A stretch of 64,000 nt of DNA, from assembly GCA_944371785.1 (NCBI GenBank), contig CALVXZ010000002.1, positions 3,033 to 67,032 on the forward strand, written 5' to 3'. The DNA is from an uncultured Clostridia bacterium (lineage in GTDB: Bacteria > Bacillota > Clostridia > Christensenellales > DTU072). A model generated the notes under the pieces. The model worked only from the letters and a program-made list of their open reading frames with translations. It made no database searches and was not told the DNA's origin. Below are positions 63,770 through 64,000 of this stretch, piece by piece; within the stretch, counting starts at the first letter, position 1; every line of letters begins with the position of its first letter. The position numbers were made by a program, and so were the translations under genes.

Positions 63770-64000
63770 CTACAGACAGGTATTTTCGTACAGTCTTTTG
63801 AAAAACTGCGTGCCCCGGCAGAGCATCGATATATCCTGTCTTTCGTTCAGACCGTGAATGCGGTTGGCGTCCTCCACCGTCTTTTCGAACGGAGTGAAAC
63901 GGTAAACGCAGTCGGTAAGATTATAATAATGTTTGGCGTCGGAAGCGGCTATAAACGGATACGGCGCGACGATATAACCGGAAAAGACTTCGGAAATCGT
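63770..64000 (-). CDS. C-terminal fragment of an M20-family metallopeptidase/deacylase-like protein; the gene continues beyond the right edge
   Basis: The minus-strand frame ends ...ASDAKHYYNLTDCVYRFTPFEKTVEDANRIHGLNERQDISMLCRGTQFFKRLYENTCL*. The (T/S)DAxxY...RFxP...IHGxNER pattern is typical of M20 peptidase C-termini. Confidence 0.5.
   Translation of the reverse strand, partial: TISEVFSGYIVAPYPFIAASDAKHYYNLTDCVYRFTPFEKTVEDANRIHGLNERQDISMLCRGTQFFKRLYENTCL

Overview
This is a chromosomal window from an endospore-forming Firmicute, Clostridia-like, about 50% GC by eye. Nearly all genes are on the minus strand. Most of it is conserved housekeeping and sporulation content. From left to right: scpB(partial)-scpA and an M50 protease; a D-Ala-D-Ala carboxypeptidase; spoIVB-recN-argR-nadK-tlyA; sigK; an RluA-family synthase, nrdR and ylmC; spoIIGA-sigE-sigG; a full dcw cluster (mraZ-rsmH-[FtsL slot]-PBP-murE-mraY-murD-ftsW-murA-ftsQ-ftsA-ftsZ); a lipoprotein, a phosphoesterase and engB; lon-clpX-clpP-tig; rqcH; ddl-murF; rimI-tsaB-tsaE; an ECF S component; rsfS and a nadD/yqeK fusion; a MATE exporter and a ZIP transporter; tRNA-Cys and tRNA-Leu. 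Two regions stand out. (1) At 9951-10540 a ~590-nt ORF-free, highly structured segment sits directly upstream of a 4-TM protein and tlyA-nadK-argR-recN. This is the published genomic context of OLE RNA and oapA. (2) At 47665-58588 there is a 10.9-kb phage-derived module. On the minus strand it reads: sigma-region-4/ArpU-like activator, TerS-like, TerL, portal, scaffold, coat, three proteins in the positions and sizes of P22 gp4/gp10/gp26, and a BhlA/UviB-type holin-like peptide. It has no integrase, replication, repressor, tail-fibre/spike or endolysin genes. It is bounded by housekeeping genes and terminators. Its activator gene has a consensus sigma-A promoter with a perfect Firmicute LexA (Cheo) box at the transcription start. 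I consider this the best candidate for an undescribed system: an SOS-triggered, domesticated capsid/packaging module that is GTA-like or satellite-like. A second near-identical LexA box lies just upstream of the dcw promoter. Other oddities are a PBP whose membrane anchor lies upstream of any canonical start codon, a MurF with a polytopic membrane N-domain, three TATAAT/TATACT-N6-ATG leaderless-type starts, and a 660-bp non-coding tract with iteron/DnaA-box-like repeats. All functional calls rest on motif recognition and synteny read from the sequence. No database searches or computations were run.
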